This document shows, one piece after another, positions 44,038-47,972 of a stretch of 47,972 nt of DNA (position 1 is its first letter; each line of letters starts with the position of its first letter). The position numbers were made by a program, and so were the translations under genes. This DNA comes from an uncultured Bacilli bacterium (lineage in GTDB: Bacteria; Bacillota_I; Bacilli_A; RFN20; CAG-826): assembly GCA_905236395.1 (NCBI GenBank), contig CAJOPR010000008.1:1-47972 (forward strand). Direction: 5' to 3'. Under the pieces are notes generated by a model, which was not told the origin of the DNA, made no database searches, and worked only from the letters and a program-made list of their open reading frames with translations.

Positions 44038-44949
44038 CTAACTAATTGTATCTTTCTTACGTCCTTTTAACAAATAATTATTGACTAAAACAATAATTGT
44101 GACGAGAAAGAAGAATATATTTACGAACAATAGCCCATATGGTGCAGGTACAAGCGGATAGAAGACCGCAAATAGAAATACCGAAACCACTAATGAGGCA
44201 ACAATGATTATGTAAATAATCTTCTTATTTTCCATGATTAAATAAATGAGAGCGTAGATGCCTAAAAACATAGCCACTAAAGTGAATAAGTAAGAAAGTG
44301 GTCCGTAGACAAATGCAAATATGACTGCAAGCACCAATGAGCTACCTAATCCAATAGCTAAGGACAATGGGAGATTCTTTGGTTCTTGTAATTCAACACC
44401 GAATTTGGGGAATTCTTCTCTGATAATAGCGAACGCTAAAACTTGTTGAGCAAGTGAGATAAAGAATATGAAACACGGTGTCACATAATCTAGATAAATA
44501 AACTCGTTTATTTTGAATACCGTAGCAAAATCAACAATGATATTTCTACCAGTCATTAATTGAATCAATGGAATGCTTACATAGGTAAATAATATTTGAA
44601 CAGCTGTTGAGGATAAGATAATCCAGAATGAAGGAACCTTCTTTTCCACCATAAAGCCAAATAGGAATCCAGAAATAACTGATGGAATAACGTAGAAGAT
44701 AGTGTCATCAATCTTCCACATCGTAACTAGCATACAAAGACCAATGGTTGTTATTGCGTAGATTGGATAATATCTCTTCTTACAATGGATGGTCACAATC
44801 GCTGATGTAAGTGGAAGTGCAAAAACGATCAAAAAGAACAAATATGGTACAAAAGTTGTGAGCAAAACAAAGATGACATTTATTGCTGCCATTAGAGCCA
44901 TATATGTAATATTTTGGATTAATGTTTCTTTCTTTGATTTCTGTTCCAC
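44038..44949 (-). CDS. polytopic membrane protein (303 aa), family not recognised
   Basis: About 8-9 TM helices. It is the first gene of the three-gene minus-strand operon, whose intergenic gaps are 3 and 11 nt. Confidence 0.7.
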   Translation of the reverse strand: MEQKSKKETLIQNITYMALMAAINVIFVLLTTFVPYLFFLIVFALPLTSAIVTIHCKKRYYPIYAITTIGLCMLVTMWKIDDTIFYVIPSVISGFLFGFMVEKKVPSFWIILSSTAVQILFTYVSIPLIQLMTGRNIIVDFATVFKINEFIYLDYVTPCFIFFISLAQQVLAFAIIREEFPKFGVELQEPKNLPLSLAIGLGSSLVLAVIFAFVYGPLSYLFTLVAMFLGIYALIYLIMENKKIIYIIIVASLVVSVFLFAVFYPLVPAPYGLLFVNIFFFLVTIIVLVNNYLLKGRKKDTIS

Positions 44950-45028
44950 GGATATAATTCTATCATTATTTTAATTTTTTTGAGAAAAAATTGCCTTTAA
45001 CCCCCTTATTAATAATAGGAGGGCTTAT

Positions 45029-45463
45029 ATGAAAATTATTAAATTCATGATCCCGTTATTGGTTTTGACTGGATGTAGTAAGAACAATATGATTTCACAA
45101 ACTGAAGTCAGTGAAGAATTATCTTACACTTTGATTGAAGACAAAACGATTGAGTGGGATCAGATATTTGGTGTTGAATTAGATGATTACTACACTTACA
45201 TCTATTCACCAACTTGTGGCCATTGTAGCGAAATTAAAAACATAGTTATTAATTACGGTTTGAATCATGATGATTTTTTCTTTGTTTTATATAATAAGGG
45301 CATTCCGGTAATAACAGAAAAAGACTTAATTATTGGTAAGACCTCAATAGAGGAAATTGGGGTGGTTGGAACGCCATCATTGTTCCATATTCTTAATGGA
45401 GTTCTTATAGAAAATATAGTGGGTAGTAATGCAATTATCGAGACATTGACTAATGATGTTTAA
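45029..45463 (+). CDS. thioredoxin-fold lipoprotein
   Basis: Lipobox LVLTGC and CGHC active-site motif (YSPTCGHCSEIK). A cis-Pro region GTPSLF is present. SD AGGAGGG lies upstream. Confidence 0.75.
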   Translation: MKIIKFMIPLLVLTGCSKNNMISQTEVSEELSYTLIEDKTIEWDQIFGVELDDYYTYIYSPTCGHCSEIKNIVINYGLNHDDFFFVLYNKGIPVITEKDLIIGKTSIEEIGVVGTPSLFHILNGVLIENIVGSNAIIETLTNDV

Positions 45464-45470
45464 ATAGAAA

Positions 45471-45499
45471 TTGTCGGTATGAAAGTATTGTGATATTAT
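45471..45499 (+). promoter_or_regulatory. candidate extended -10 promoter giving a leaderless pcrA mRNA
   Basis: TTGTCG (45471-45476), a 17-nt spacer containing TG, then TATTAT (45494-45499). The ATG at 45506 is 6 nt downstream with no SD. Confidence 0.4.
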
Positions 45500-45505
45500 A
45501 TTGCT

Positions 45506-47972
<2,467 letters not shown>

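Overview
AT-rich, gene-dense chromosomal window (about 90% coding) from a low-GC Bacillota/Mycoplasmatota-type bacterium, plausibly Acholeplasma- or Erysipelotrichia-like. The standard genetic code applies: TGA ends rlmH and pcrA, and Trp is TGG. Housekeeping synteny is typical of Bacillota: gdpP-rplI-dnaB-yycJ-like-rlmH, tmRNA, ung, tsaE-tsaB-rimI-tsaD, asnS and pcrA-ligA. Between these blocks lie accessory, envelope-directed modules. (1) A DUF4160 / DUF2442-HTH gene pair sits directly downstream of ssrA. (2) A lipid module (9.0-16.0 kb) holds a membrane GT2, then a translationally coupled PlsC-type acyltransferase, fatty-acyl-AMP ligase, private carrier protein and Sfp-type PPTase. These are followed by DegV, a Cys-nucleophile alpha/beta hydrolase and a second DegV. 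I consider this split, self-contained Aas-like acylation system the best candidate for an undescribed system. (3) A surface-polymer locus holds a membrane-tethered XRE regulator, a small acidic protein, a Wzy/O-antigen-ligase-like protein, a lipoprotein and a TupA-like ATP-grasp enzyme. (4) An opp operon has an 800-aa OppA lipoprotein and a BspA-type LRR surface protein as its last, overlapping cistron. (5) A Wzx flippase is grouped with three GT4/GT1 glycosyltransferases. (6) A TPP riboswitch precedes a ThiT carrying a 4-TM N-terminal extension. (7) There is a three- to four-gene operon of uncharacterised membrane proteins. Many first-in-operon genes appear leaderless. I recognised no rRNA, tRNA, CRISPR array, IS element, integrase or prophage genes. 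All calls come from reading the sequence and ORF translations; no searches or computations were run.
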